Assembly: GCA_003990765.1 (NCBI GenBank)
Contig: RBNJ01000327.1
Coordinates: forward strand, 1 to 32,948
Direction: 5' to 3'
DNA length: 32,948 nucleotides
From: Jimgerdemannia flammicorona
Taxonomy: Eukaryota
Shown here: positions 9,568 through 22,649 of the stretch, in pieces
Numbering within the stretch: the stretch's first letter is position 1
Layout of the letters: each line of letters opens with the position of its first letter
Notes under the pieces: model-generated
What the model saw: only the letters and a program-made list of their open reading frames with translations
Databases searched by the model: none
Told to the model about the DNA's origin: nothing
Translations under genes and position numbers: made by a program

Positions 9568-12500
9568 ATGAACAGTATAACTAATATTTTTTTCTCTAAA
9601 TGTGAATAGGTTACAAGGCTCTGGACAGTATAAGAACATTTTCACTTGGCTTAAGAGATTGGAGACTGATCTCCTTCTGCTGCAGGATGTGCATTGTGAG
9701 GTGGATGTGAATCAAGTAGAGTGGACTAGAGAATGGAGAGAAGCTATAGTTTGGATGGGCAAAGTGGCAGTTTTGGTGTGGGGTGGTAAAGAGGATTTGA
9801 GTAGCATCAGGAGTTAGGGAGACTGTTTGGTATTGAGGAAATGACATCAACCAGGGTGGGAGCCATTGTGAGTTGGTTCTTGCTACTGCTCTGTAGCTAG
9901 GGGTGAGTGGATTACATGCATTAAGGGTCTCTTAGAGGAGGGTACATTCTTAGAGGATGGGGTGGATGTTCTGGGGGGTGACTTCAATATGATATGGAAT
10001 CTTCAGTTAGATGGAACTGATAGAGGGAAGAGTGCTATAGAAGGAGTAGCAGCCTGGATGCATGAGAGGAGGTGGAGAACCTTAGCTCCTTGGGAGATAT
10101 GGGTAGAATGCAGTGAGGTGAAAAGAGGATTTACACACACTGAGTGACTAGGTACAAGGATCAACTAGATACTGACAGCTGAATTCTGGAGCATGGATGT
10201 TTGGAGGACTCTGGAGGTAGAGTAGTGTCCATGATCAGATCACTGGAGATTGGCAGTTTAGAGAGAGTAGAGATAGACCTAGACATTGCTACATTAACTT
10301 TTATCTGCTGGCTGAGAAGGGGTTGTGGGATCCTTGGGCAGAGGACATTCAGGGAAAGATCACTAGCTAGATACATGAAGGTTTGCCAGTAGATGTATTG
10401 TAAATGAAGTTGAAATAGGATGTAAGGGTTTACTGGAGAGGAGCTGGTAGGGATGCTGGGAGATGAAGAAGAAAGAGAGTGAGGTGTGCTTCTAATAGAT
10501 TGATTAGATTGCAGATGGAATGGGCTGACTTGATAAATTCTGGAGAGGTGGATGATTGGAGGTTAGTGTGAGCCAAGCTAGAAGTGGTAGAGTTACAACA
10601 GATATTGAGAGAGGAGGAGGAGATGCGAATGAAAGGAAAGGCAGCTAGGTTTAGGTGATAGGGGCTTGAGGAGGGAGAGGCATACTAGGTTTTATCAAGA
10701 CTCCTTTAGGCTAGAAGAGTGAGACATTATGGAGATAGAGTCCTGAATGCAGAGGGAGAAATAGTTCATAGTATACAACAGATCTTGAGGTTGCTAATAG
10801 AGCAGTGGAGGGGTCTGTGAAGTGAGGAGAAAGGGGGTGCTGAGGCATAGGCAAAAGGAGATGCTCTGGAGAATTGGGAGCTGTCACTAGTGGAGGGCCT
10901 CAGGTATTTGATCCTACCAGTCCAAGAGAAGGATATCTAGAGAGTCTTTGTGGAAACGAAGCTTTGAATGGTACCAGGAGAGGATGGACTATCTTGGGAC
11001 TTTTGGAAGAAGATGGTGAGGGTCTCAGGAGTGTTAGGAGAGATGACAGCTCTCTGTGATATTGTTCTTCTGAATGGCCAGTAGGTGGGAGGGCAGGACT
11101 TAGGGCTGGTGGCCCTATTATATAAGAGCCCTATTGTATAAGGACAAGGGGAGAAGGAAGGATTGGAAGAACTGGAGATTAATTATACTTCTAGATATAG
11201 ATAGAAAGAGAGTTACTAAGGTGATTGTAGCAAGGCTACAGAAGGTTACCCAACAGGTATTGAGTGAGGAGTAGTAGGGTTTTGTTGGAGGTAGATCTAT
11301 CAGAGATAGGATGGCCTGGGTCTATGGAATTATTGAAGGGGTACAGATGAGTGGATTGGATGGGAGACTGATCTTTTTGGACCAGGAGAAGGCCTATGAC
11401 TGTATCTGGTGGGTGTGGTTGGGCAAGGTGTGGAACAGAATAGGAGTTCCTCTACTATTTAGAGCTTCTATATTGAACTATTAGAGGGCAGTAGGGCAGC
11501 AATGATGTGTAATGGTCACCAGGATCTGGTGATTCCCTTGGGAAGAGGAGTTCCTCAGGGGGATTCACTGTCTCCTATTCTATATATCCTTTCACTAGAA
11601 CTTTTGATAGATTGGATTCAGTAGAAGGTGGCAGGGCTCTCTATTTATGGTGTAGTGTGGAAGGTGGGGGTCTTTGCAGATAACATGATGATTGGACTTG
11701 GATCAGTGGCAGATATTGAGACTCTTAAGGAGATAGTATAATGGTATGAGGTACACTCTGATACAAAACTCAACTGGCATAAGTGTGAGACAATGGTGTT
11801 GGGTAATGGGTTAGTGGGAGGGAATATCATTGGAACAATTTTCTCTGCAGAAGAGACAGTGAGGTATCTGGGTATCTTCCTTTTGGTTTATAGATCTGTC
11901 TTGCTACAGGTATAGTGAGAGAAGAGGGTGACTATGTGGGGAGAGGCTCTTAGAGGCTGGGGAGGACACCACATCTCTCTGGTAGGCCAGGTATTGATTC
12001 TGAATGTCTACTAGTTCCTTAAGCTATAGTATATGGCCTATCACTTAGATGTTTCTGCTTAAGTGGTGAAGAGACTGATGAAATAGGCTAGGGATTGGAT
12101 TTGGGCTAAGAGGTGGTCCCAGATCAGTTGGAATACTCTTTCAATACCAGTAGTTTGAGGGGGGCTAGAACTGGTGGATTTTCCTAAGAGACTATACTGC
12201 CTGAGAGCTTGGTGGTTGAAGTGGGCTATGGAACTGAGGGGAGGGAGATGGTGCCACTGATACAGAAGGTATGGGAGATAAGATTCTCTCCAAGAGAGTT
12301 CTTGGGGGATTTGATATCTCTGGTAGGCCTGGGTGGAAGCTGTCAGCTAAGGTAAAAAGACTTCTAGTGGGGGATTGCAGATGGACCATACTGTATAGGC
12401 TTGTGCTTGTATAGCAATAAAGAAGAGATACTGTAGAGACCAGCTATGTTGAGATAGGATAGACTGCTTTTGAGGGGCACTCAATGTTTTGAGTTTGATA

Positions 12501-13185
12501 TTGATGATAGAGTGGAGTGTCAGTAAGGCCTCAGTCAGGATCTTTTGCCTGAAAGTTGGCAAGCAGTAAGAATTGACAATGAGTGGAGATTGCGCAGAAG
12601 TCTGGGCATCGAGTGCTGAAGTACAAAGATGGCTTCCTCCCAAGTTCTGGATAGTATGGTAGCAGATGCTATAGAGGAATATTATATAGAATTTCTATGC
12701 TGGACATCTAGTGGATGGTAGGCTCCTGGAATGTGAGGAGTACTATAATGTAAGATAAGTTGGGGGATTTGTGCAGACTCTAGAACATTGGCTGGAAGAG
12801 TGTAAGGTTCTGAGGGACTTTTGGATAGCAGTAGGGGATCAGCTGGGTGTGGAGAGAACACCAGATGGGGAGAGAGGTTGCTGGAAAGATTTGAGAACTA
12901 GGTTAGTGAGAGGTGGGCAATGAATGATATACTATAGGGTGGGTTTTAGCTATATGGATAGGGCTGGCTAGACATAGGCTCTTTGTTTTTGAGGAGAGAT
13001 GACAGCTCAGTTTGCAGGAGAAGTTATTGAGATAGGAGGGGTTGATAGGAGATTTGCTGACAGAGTGGTGGGTGGGATGGGGTCCCCAAGATAGGAGTCA
13101 TCACTATCTGGTAAAAGGAATTTGTGAACAGAGTAGTGGGTGGGTGGAGGTGATTAATGACCTAGTGGTATTTAATAGAGAGAGT
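9568..13185 (+). pseudogene. LINE ORF2 remnant (APE endonuclease, RT, C-terminal Cys/His motif)
   Basis: ATG at 9568. APE motifs: SLNVN, LLLQDVH, GGDFN (about 9975), SDH (about 10235). RT motifs: PGEDG, NWR, GFVGGRSI, FLDQEKAYD, GVPQGDSLSP, FADN, YLG. EHWLEEC lies near 12785. There are many stops and frameshifts. Confidence 0.9.
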
Positions 13186-13199
13186 TTAGAGTGGCCTCT

Positions 13200-15354
13200 T
13201 CATACCTTTCTCAGTTACCACTCATGTTACACACACTTTTGCAATACACTTTTAAGTATTTATTGGAGAAAGATACTAAGACAATGACAACCAACAAGTA
13301 AGCTGATATGTATCCTGGGTTGGGTGGACCTAGAGCCTTCAACTGGCAATATGTTGGCCATGAATATAGATTAGGGATGGGGTCATTTGGTGGTCTGAGT
13401 GAACAGGGTAGTTCAGGCAGTGGTAGCAGTACTGGGAGAGAAGCCAGAGAGCAGAAGGGAAGGAGCTTTGCAGAGACATTGAAGAATAGTGGATAGCTGG
13501 TTAGATCTTGTAGTAGACAGACAGAGGGGAAGAGAAAGCAGAGGGAAGAAGTAGTGGGAGGTACTGGACCTCAGCTGGTAGGGGGTAGGGCTAATGGAGC
13601 AGTAGCTGAGAGTAGGGAGGGAACTGCTGATGGTGGTATGACTGGGAATCTGGAAAAAAATCCAGATGTGACTGCTGATAGAGGGGCTGAACAGGTGGGC
13701 CCAAGAGGAAGGGGGACCTAGTGGATGGTATGATAGGGCTGGTGGTGGAACCATTACTCAGAAAGTTAATCTTAGAGTTTGTGGCATTCTTGTATTTCAG
13801 GGGCTTGGCTGTGATGGCAAGGATGGTTCTGGGGATTATCTCAGAGCAAGTGGCTTAGGCTACATTGATGAAGTTTTTAAAGGAACTGGAGGGAGTTGAG
13901 GTGGGTTTTGAGGAAGTGGGTCCACTGGCAGAAGCTTTGAAGACTAGTATAGCTGTGGGAGAGGTAGTGGTCCCTATGGTGCAGTGTTTGAGGTGAGACC
14001 CCAGGGTGGTTCAGTTACTGATGAAGGGGGTGCCTATGGTAATAAAGTTGAGACTAGAAGGAGGGTAGAGGAAGTGATGGTGGAGTATGGTGATGTTATC
14101 AATATTGGATTCTGGATGTGGGAGGGGACTACTTTCAGGATAGGAGATGTTGATATCAGGATTAGACTGGCAGGGAGAGAGACTTCTGGGAAGACAAGTA
14201 ACTGGCCCTCCATATATTGTGAGGGGCCTTCATCTGTAAGGTGTCAAGGGTGAAGGAGAGTGAGGAGGAGGAGGAGGATCTGCTGGAGGCCCTCAAGGAG
14301 TTGAGCATGGCAGTTGAGCAGAGGGTGAAGGCCTGAAAGATATATGAAGAGACTATACATTTGGAAATTGTGAATGGGAAGCATATTCATACAGATAAGA
14401 GGCAGTGGGAGAGGGCTCAAGGGCACAAGCAACAGAGAGAGTTGTTGGCAAGCATGGATGGGAGGATGCTGGAGAAGCTGAGGAGTCTGGAGGGGCCAAG
14501 ATGAGTGTCTGAGCTAGTAAGAGAGAAGGGAATGAGGAGGAAGGCCTGGATGGAGCCAGCAAGATACCATGCAGTGAGTCATATGCTGATGGTCCATTTG
14601 AGGTCTGAGAAGAGGAATTAGATGGTACTCCTCCTCCTCTTATCAGGAGAGGTCCAGTTGGGAGGAGCTAGGTGGTGGAGGATATACTGATTTATGGTGC
14701 CCAGCAAGTACACTTTGGAGTTCCTGACATGCTGAAAGGGGGACAGGTGGTGGCTGTTGGTGAGGATGAGCTAGTTGATGTCCCAGAGGAGGGGTAGGAT
14801 GAGATGGTGAGTATAGAGACTGATATCACAATGCTGGATGCCAGGAGGCCAGTGATGCTAGGAGGAAAGGAGGTGGAAAACCTACTGTGGATGTGTCAAA
14901 TGATGAATAACTTTACAGCTGAAGAGTTGGGTGAAGTGGACCTGAGAGTAATGAGTGAGGAGCACTGGGTACAAATTCTGTATAAAGATGGAGTGGTGGA
15001 GGTACTGAAGGTAGAGGTACTTGCGATTCTTCTAGAAAAGGAGAGATATGAGGTTGATAAGGAGAGGGAGGCATGGCTGGCTGTTGGTACTGGTAAAAGG
15101 GCCACCTTCTGTTAGGCAGAGCATCATGGGCTGAAACTCTGGCAGGAGGCCTGTCTGAAGTATCATGAGGAATTTGAAGAAAAGGAGAATGGGGAGATGG
15201 TCAAACTGCTGGTTGGATTGGAGGCAAGGGAGGTTGAAGAGGAGGGATTGGCTCCCAAACATAACTTGGATGTAGCTCAAGAGAGAGATGTGGACTTATA
15301 GAGAATGAGCAGGACACTACTTCTAAACAATCTTCCCAATGAACAGCATAACCA
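13200..15354 (+). mobile_element. LINE copy 2: 5' UTR, ORF1 remnant and first codons of ORF2, truncated by the Gypsy internal region
   Basis: Collinear with copy 1 ORF1 (for example GTTFRIGDVDIRIRLAGRE and NNFTAEELGEVDLRV). An RSFAETLK motif lies near the N-terminus. The ORF2 ATG at 15339 is followed by an abrupt switch in sequence. The 5' UTR resembles the reverse complement of 24420-24515. Confidence 0.85.
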
Positions 15355-15594
15355 GATGCCAGTGGGCACCTTTTTCTGGTAACATTCCCAATCTCCCCAA
15401 TAGAACCCCTACCACAACCCCTTGCAGGACCAGAAGTAGCTCCTATAAGAATACCTAGGCCTATTCCACTCTATCCAAGAACCAGAACACCATCTTCAAG
15501 ATACCTAAGCACCCCCATCTCTAGTGATAGTTCAGAAAGTGAATCAGAATCAGGATCTGAACTTAAACCAGAATCAGAAGAAAGTGACAACAAA

Positions 15595-16500
15595 ATGGCC
15601 ACCTCATTGCTAACCTTTGCAGGATATCTGGAGGAAGACCCCAGAGAATTCCTTGATAGAATTGATGGAATTGCAGCCTTGAGAAATCTCTCAGATAAAA
15701 GAAAAATCGCTATCTATAAAGCTCAGCTCAGAGAACCAGCCAGAGGGATTTTCCATCGAACAGCAATCAACTGAGATTCAGAACTAGCAAGACAGATACA
15801 AGCAGCAATGTCTGATAAGCTAGAATATGAAGTCATGGTCTATTGGCTCATCAAAAAATATGCAGGAAATGAAACCTATCACAAGGCTCAGGAATCCATT
15901 ATGAGAATGAAGATGAATCTTGGAGAATCACCCAGAGCCTTCTTCACAAGAATCCGGAAGAGAATGCATTCTGCTGGGTTCAATGCCACCAACCAAGACA
16001 TCATAGGTCCAATGACCTTCATGAATGGAATTCCCTCAAATATTGCCCAGTATGTCTGCACCCTAGGTATCAGAAGGTCTGAAGAGCAAGTAGATGCAGC
16101 TCAAGGATTCTTTGATATTAGTCAAGAAACTACCTGGAGTGATCATGAAAAAAAGGAAGATAAAGAAGATATTCTGATCAAAGCCCTGCAAGGACTCCTT
16201 CAAGGACAAGAAAGATCTGTGGAAAGAAGGCCAGCCAAGGAGTGGAAGAAGGAGAAAAACGAAATTCAAGATCTCAACTCAAAACTAGACCGATTGGTGG
16301 GTCAGATTGAAAAACTCACCACATGCGAAAATCAGAACTATCAGTCAGACAACAGGGGATATCAACCTCAAAGGAACCAGGACTACCCCAAAGACAATGG
16401 GAGTTACCCAGAAGAAAGAAGATATCCCATCCGAGATAGAGCCCAAGTCTAATGCTTCCACTGTGGACAATTTGGACATTATGCTACAGAATGTGACAAT
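15595..16500 (+). pseudogene. gag: Gypsy gag with CCHC zinc knuckle
   Basis: Starts MATSLLTFAGYLEEDPREFL. CFHCGQFGHYATEC lies at 16453-16494. In-frame stops are present. Confidence 0.85.
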
Positions 16501-17079
16501 AAAAGAAATGACCAAAGGAGCTCTGAACCATCAAACCAAAGGAATGAAACCCAGTACAAAAAGACAGAAGCACATCCTATTGAAGATTTTGAAGAGAATG
16601 ACTGAGAAGAGTACAGTGACCTAGATCTATACCCAGCCAAGGTCATCAGCAGGAAGATAATATCCAGCAGAAAAATGAAAGAGACCAGTAGGAAGGCCTT
16701 CTAGGAATACCAGCAGAAGAATCATTCAAGATGAAGAGGAGGAAGATAAACAGAATCAAGTTGAAACACCTCCTTGGTCACCTTCACCATTAATCCCCAA
16801 AACAAGTGAACTGTCCCCAGAAAATCAAGAAATGGAACAAGAACCCACTCCTCCAAAGCCCAAGAAGAAGTACACCCCAAACACCATGCCCAGGTATATC
16901 TATGATGAAGCCTGGCAAAAGATTCAAGAAGCCAAGATAGAAGTTCCTCTCTTGTAGTTCTTGCCACTTACATCTGCTGGAGTCTGAAACAAATTATTGA
17001 GAACCACAAGGTCTAGCACTGGCCAGGTCCCAATCCCACAGCAAGAGCCAACCCCTATCCAAGCTGCAGAAAGACATGT

Positions 17080-17442
17080 CAACACATATCTGCATGGAAA
17101 CATTGGAGGACAAAAGCGAAAATCCTTATAGATACAGGAGCAGCTGTCTGTATGATCTCCAAACGATTCCTGGACAGCCTCCAATGGCCCATTGATGGAC
17201 CATCCAATCTCAGCATCATAGTAGCAGATGGTGCCCAAACCCAACCCCTTGGAGAAGTCCAAAACATCACCATCTCCCTAGGACACTTTCAGTTCTTGAT
17301 CCCAAAAGCTGTTGTCACTGAAGCTATCACCTATGACATGATCCTAGGCATGAATTGGATGAAGGAAATGAATGCAGTCATAGACATTGACCAACAAGTC
17401 CTCAAATTCGACTATAGAGGAAAAAAGTGTCACCAGCTATGA
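17080..17442 (+). pseudogene. Gypsy aspartic protease
   Basis: ILIDTGAAVCMIS (DTG at 17131-17139), VADG and DMILGMNW. Confidence 0.9.
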
Positions 17443-18742
17443 ACAATCAAAGAAGAAAAAGAAGGTTATCATTCAAGAGGAATATGCCAGCAGTAAAGAA
17501 TCCACCACAGAAGAGGAAGAAGAATCCGAAGATGGAAATGATCCCAGACTTAGCCCATGAATCAACCTAGTAAATGACAGGCCAGAAGACAATGTATGGG
17601 CCAAGGACACTATCCCTGTCACTATTGGAGCTATCGCAGGACAGATTAAAGGATGCCCTATATGCCTCAAGAGACACAAGTGCCCTGAGCACTCATCCAA
17701 GATCATTGGAGCCTGAAAATCACCTGGCACAGCCTGCTATGAGTGCAGAAGAAAGAAGAAGAAGTGCAATCATCTTCCAAAAACACCTGCAGATGAAGCA
17801 GCAGAAGTACAGGTGATTTGGGATCAAGAATCATCTGAAGAAGAAGTGTCCGAACAAGAAGAAGAAGCAACTGAACAAGAGGTCCCTGAACAGGAAGAAC
17901 CACCAGAACTCATCCCCTGGGATGATCTCAACTGGACACCATCCAAAGATGATGATGAGCCCTAGAATGTTAAAGAAGGACCAAGTACAATTCCTGTTAT
18001 CCAAAGGTAAGAAATACACCAAGAAAAAGCCTTTCAGGTAGGAAGATGCCAACATCAAATAACCTTCCACTCTCCTCAAGACTACTGCTATGAATGTCAC
18101 CTACTGGATCAACAAGAAAGACAGAGACCTGTGTGACCAAGAGTCTCAATGACAATCGCCCAGTCAATTATCTTTCAACAAGCAACCTCACATTTGGAAG
18201 AATGAGCTATTGGACATAGTATGTTTGTCCAAACAGAAATACAGCCCCTGATGACAATGCCTCCAATCTATGATGAAGAAGGATATCAATTCCCTAAACA
18301 AAAAGAAATCGCTGATCAGGAGTCATATTCTCAAGTGATGGGATATTGCAGCCATGAAAGACACACAGATTGCAGAGACTGCTGCCACCAGAAGATCCAT
18401 CTTAGCCAAAATGTTGCTGTACATACACTGAAGAGAGGAGATGGTAGAATGCAGACCCAAAAAAGTCAAAAGAAGCTGAAAAAGAAGACCCTCAAGATCT
18501 ATGATCTAGGAGAAGATATCCTGGCCTTAATCAGACATGCAACTTGTGAAGGAATGCTAGATGATGCTATCAACTTCATGGAAGCCCTAGATCCAATGGG
18601 AAAAAGAGGAATCAACTACCTCCAAGACCCTTCCACTAGAGCCAGATGGCCCCACCTCAATATCAGAGCATAGAGATTTACCACCATTGGAGCCTCAGCA
18701 CATGGACAGCCGAAACTGAGTAAAGACATTGCCCAATATGTC

Positions 18743-19145
18743 TTGCTGCACCCTCAGGCCAAACCACCGACCAAGGCTCACCAGGAGGATGTAGGCTATG
18801 ACCTTTATAGTCTGCAGAATCAACTAATCAAGCCTGGAAGAACTGTAGTATTCAGAACTGAACTAGCCATACAGCCACCCAAAGGAACTTACATCCAATT
18901 GACCTCAAGGTCTGGGCTAGCCAAGCAAGAAATCACTGTGGAAGGAGGAACCATAGACCCAGGATATACAGGTGAAATCAAGATTATCCTGAAGAACAGT
19001 AGTACTGAATGGTGCCAAATTTTCAGAGGACAAAGAATTGCACAAGTAGTCTTCATGAAGGCCAAGACTCCCCAGCTGCAAGAAGTTCATGAACTGACCC
19101 AAGGAACAAGACAAACCAAAGGATTTGGAAGCTCAGGCAAGAAAG
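18743..19145 (+). CDS. dut: Trimeric dUTPase domain within the Gypsy pol frame
   Basis: All five dUTPase motifs are visible: VGYDL, SRSGLA, GTIDPGYTGEI, RIAQ and RQTKGFGSSG. Confidence 0.93.
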
Positions 19146-19579
19146 AAATACACCTCCTCCAGGTCAACCATTTCAAAGAAAATGCCCCCCAGCAAGTACT
19201 CTGCCAACCAGTTAGAGTGTACAAAAATATCAGGAGAGCAAACAACCTTTGAAATCTTTGCCCCACCCGATCCCAGGAATCTTTTCTTTAAACCCATTGA
19301 AGACATCAAAGGATTGGAGATAGAAGGACACACATTCCCAGACAAGATGAATCCAGTGCACTCCCAAGCAAACAACCAAAGTTGGGGAAACATCATTCTG
19401 CCAAAAGGAACCATCATAGGACATCTGTTGCCAAATCTCAACTGAGCATACCGAGAGGTCTATGAATTGAACCTATCAGGAAATAGCAAAAGGTCCCAGA
19501 AGAAAGGAAAGGCCCCTCTGCGACCCAGGAGAAAGTAAAGCCTTCCACCAACATTGGAGAAGAATTGACATCTCAGCAG

Positions 19580-21975
19580 TGACAACAATTGATAGATCTT
19601 TTGCATAAATATCAGGACATCTTCACTACAGACTATGGTAACCTGCCACACAATCCATTATATCACCACAGCATAAATACAGGAAATGCAACACCCATCT
19701 GGCAGAAACCTTATAGAATACCCCACCATCTGAAAACATTTGAGAAGGAACACATTCAGGAACTCTTAGACAATGGAGTCATCTGACCCTCCACCAGCCC
19801 ATGGGCTAGCCCTATACTTATTGTACTCAAGAAAGGAGAATGGAGACTCTGTGTAGACCACAGGAAGCTCAACTCAATCACCGAAAAAGATGCTTACCCC
19901 TTGCCACAGATTGATGACCTTTTGGATCAACTACAAGAAGCCAGATACTTCAGCAGCATGGATCTTTTTGCAGGATTCCATGAAATCCCTATGGACCCCT
20001 AAGATATCCAGAAAACAGCTTTTCTTGCCCTAGCAAAACTGTTTGAATACACCCAAATGCCCTTTGGACTTTGCAATGTACCACCCACCTTCCAGAGAAT
20101 GATGAACTCAGTATATACCCCACTGATTCACCAATGCTTGATCATGTACATAGATGATTCCAACATCTACTCAGCAAATTTCGAAGACCATCTGCAGCAC
20201 CTAGAGGAATTCTTCGAGCTCACCTGCAAGAATCACCTGAGGCTCAATTCCAAGAAATGCTACTTCAGGAAACAGAAACTTGAATTCCTTGGATTCGTAG
20301 TTTCAAAAGAAGGAACACATGCAGACCCAAAGAAAACTGAAAAGATCAACAACTGGCCAGTCCCCAGGACCCCAAAAGAAACACTATCATTCCTGATGCT
20401 AGTGTCCTACTATAGAAGATTCATCAAGAACTTTGCTCAAATTGCCACTCCAATCCGAGCCCTTCTCAAGAAAGGAGTGCCATATAAGTAGACAGAATCC
20501 CAAGAACAAGCCTTCAAGGAACTCAAGCACAAAATGACAACAGCACCCATCCTTGTGTGACCCAACCTACAGAAGCCAATCATCCTGTACACAGATGCTT
20601 CCAAAGATGGTCTTGGTGTGGTTCTAGCTCAAGAAGAATCAGATGGCCTACACAATGTGATAGCTTATGCAAGTTGAGCAACAAGCCAATTATGGCGGCA
20701 CCAAACTAGAATACCTTGCAGTTATATGGGCAGTAACCTTTTTCAAGCACTACCTTATTGGAAAAAGATTCACTTTGATAACTAATTATGCAGTCCTCAA
20801 ATGGCTATTCAACCATAAGGATCTCTCTGGAATCTTGGCCCACTGGATTCTTATCTTGCAAGATTACAAAATCACTATCATTCACAAAGCAGAGAAAGCT
20901 CACAACAATGTGGATGTGCTTTCCTGCCAGTCCCAATGAACCAGAAGAAGGGTGTCCTGAGGAACTACACTCTGAAGGAAGCTCCTCAAACCATCAAGGC
21001 ACAAGAAGATCTTATCCAAAATAAACACCAGAAGGCCCACCAAGGACAATCAAATGTAGAAGAAATGCTACAAGCAATATATTAATATTGGCCCAATCTC
21101 TAAGCACAAGTTAGAGACATTTTCAAGAAGTGTGATATCTGTCAGAAGTACTAAGGAAAGAAGAATTATCAAGCACCACTCCAGCCAATCAAACCACCAG
21201 ACAACATCTTTCAGAGATGGGGAGTAGATATTATTAGACCACTACCAGTGATACCAAGAAGGAACAAATACATCCTAGTATTTATTGAACATCTGACCAA
21301 ATGGCCTGAAGCTTTTCTAATGGAAATTACTGATGCCCTGACAATTGTTGGCCTCCTCCATGGTCTGACCCTCAGATATGGACCCTCTGAAGAACTTATC
21401 TCTGACCAGGGCACAGAATTCATCAACAATGTAATCACAAGTTATACCTGAATTCATAATATCCACCTCAAAAGGACTACATCATACCACCCCCAGACTA
21501 ATGGCATGACTGAATGAATGAACCAGACCATCAAGAAAGGACTTACCTGAGTCAATCCTACCAATTGGGACCTCTGCTTACCTGAGATCCTATGGGAAAT
21601 TCGAAATACCCCTGCTGCCTCCACTAAATAAAAGCCATTTGAGATGATGTTCACCAAGAAGACAAGAACTGCTGACCATGAGAACCTTGGAGGCCTCCTC
21701 AAAAAGACAGAACAGTTATGTAATCAAGCCTGAGATCAGATAATCAAGGCCCAAGAAAGACAGAAGAAGTACTATGACAAAAAGCAGAAGGATCAGAAGA
21801 TCAAGATTGGAGATCAAGTACTAGTCTAGAGAAGTATGATTGAGACAAACTTTGCTGCCAAACTGGAGCCCAAATAGGAAGGACCTTATCTTGTACACAA
21901 TATCAGAGGAACTAGTATCTATTTAAGAAGCATGGATGGATGAACTCTGAGGATACCAATAGACACCAATTGCCT
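19580..21975 (+). pseudogene. pol: Gypsy RT, RNase H and integrase with GPY motif, multiple stops
   Basis: RT: QKPYRIP, SPWASP, WRLCVDHRKLN, MPFGLCN, YIDD (20147-20158). RNase H: YTDAS. Integrase: WGVD, ISDQGTEF, YHPQTNGMTE, EGPY. Confidence 0.93.
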
Positions 21976-21980
21976 CATGA

Positions 21981-22505
21981 TATATCTCTCCCCACATCAT
22001 AAACTTCAGAATTGATGACTGCCTCCAGATTCTTATTCTCAGCTCTCTCTAAGCCTTACCAGTTCCCCTGCCACAGTTCCAGAAACCCAATGGAACTTAT
22101 ATCCAGAAGATCTGAATTTACTAAGAAAACCTCATTCTGGCAGAAAGGCTTCTACAAATCCATCAGCTACAGGCCTACTATGTAATTGGAGAACTGATGC
22201 AGAACCTGTCCACTCTAGATGTGACCTATATCCATAGCACCACTGGTCTGAGCAGAAAGAACACCACTGTATCAGACAGACTGTACACAATCTACAAAAG
22301 AAATTCCTCAGCCCTGGGACAGGCACAGTTTTCTCTCAGAGATATACAATGAATGAACCAACCTACCTACCTCAGCATCATTCATCAAGTTGAAATCCTA
22401 TCCCCAGAAGAAGAACTCTTAGGATAGAGTGACTGTAGCTCAGATGAAGATGATGGGACAGGAATAGATACAGATGATGCTTATCCCCACTGAGATGATG
22501 ACTAA
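21981..22505 (+). pseudogene. Probable extra ORF (about 175 codons) between integrase and the PPT
   Basis: One frame reads as protein-like text (...LQAYYVIGELMQNL...DRLYTIYKRN...SLRDIQ*MN...acidic tail). It is interrupted only by stops explicable as C-to-T changes. Confidence 0.5.
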
Positions 22506-22533
22506 AGGATAGTCTGGAGACAGACTACCCTTT

Positions 22534-22545
22534 AGTGGGGGCTGA
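22534..22545 (+). other. Polypurine tract before the 3' LTR
   Basis: agtgggggctga immediately precedes TGTGATG. Confidence 0.6.
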
Positions 22546-22649
22546 TGTGATGAGCCAAGTACATAACCAGATGATGTGAACTTTCAGCATAAATATAGTT
22601 ACCTAGTTACCCACTTATAATTAACCGAAATACCAAATCTGTACACTAT

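Larger units (their letters stand above)
2229..13185 (+). mobile_element. L1/Tx1-like LINE copy 1 (5'-truncated, decayed), interrupted by the Ngaro element at 2731-8441
   Basis: The ORF1 remnant at 2229-2730 plus 8442-9535 is collinear with copy 2 at about 13700-15300. ORF2 carries APE and RT motifs (listed separately). There are many stop codons and almost no CpG. Confidence 0.9.

Noticed and set aside
15355..15392. Primer-binding site for the Gypsy element
   Set aside because: I could not confidently match a TGG-initiated tRNA complement, and the adjacent 5' LTR is missing.
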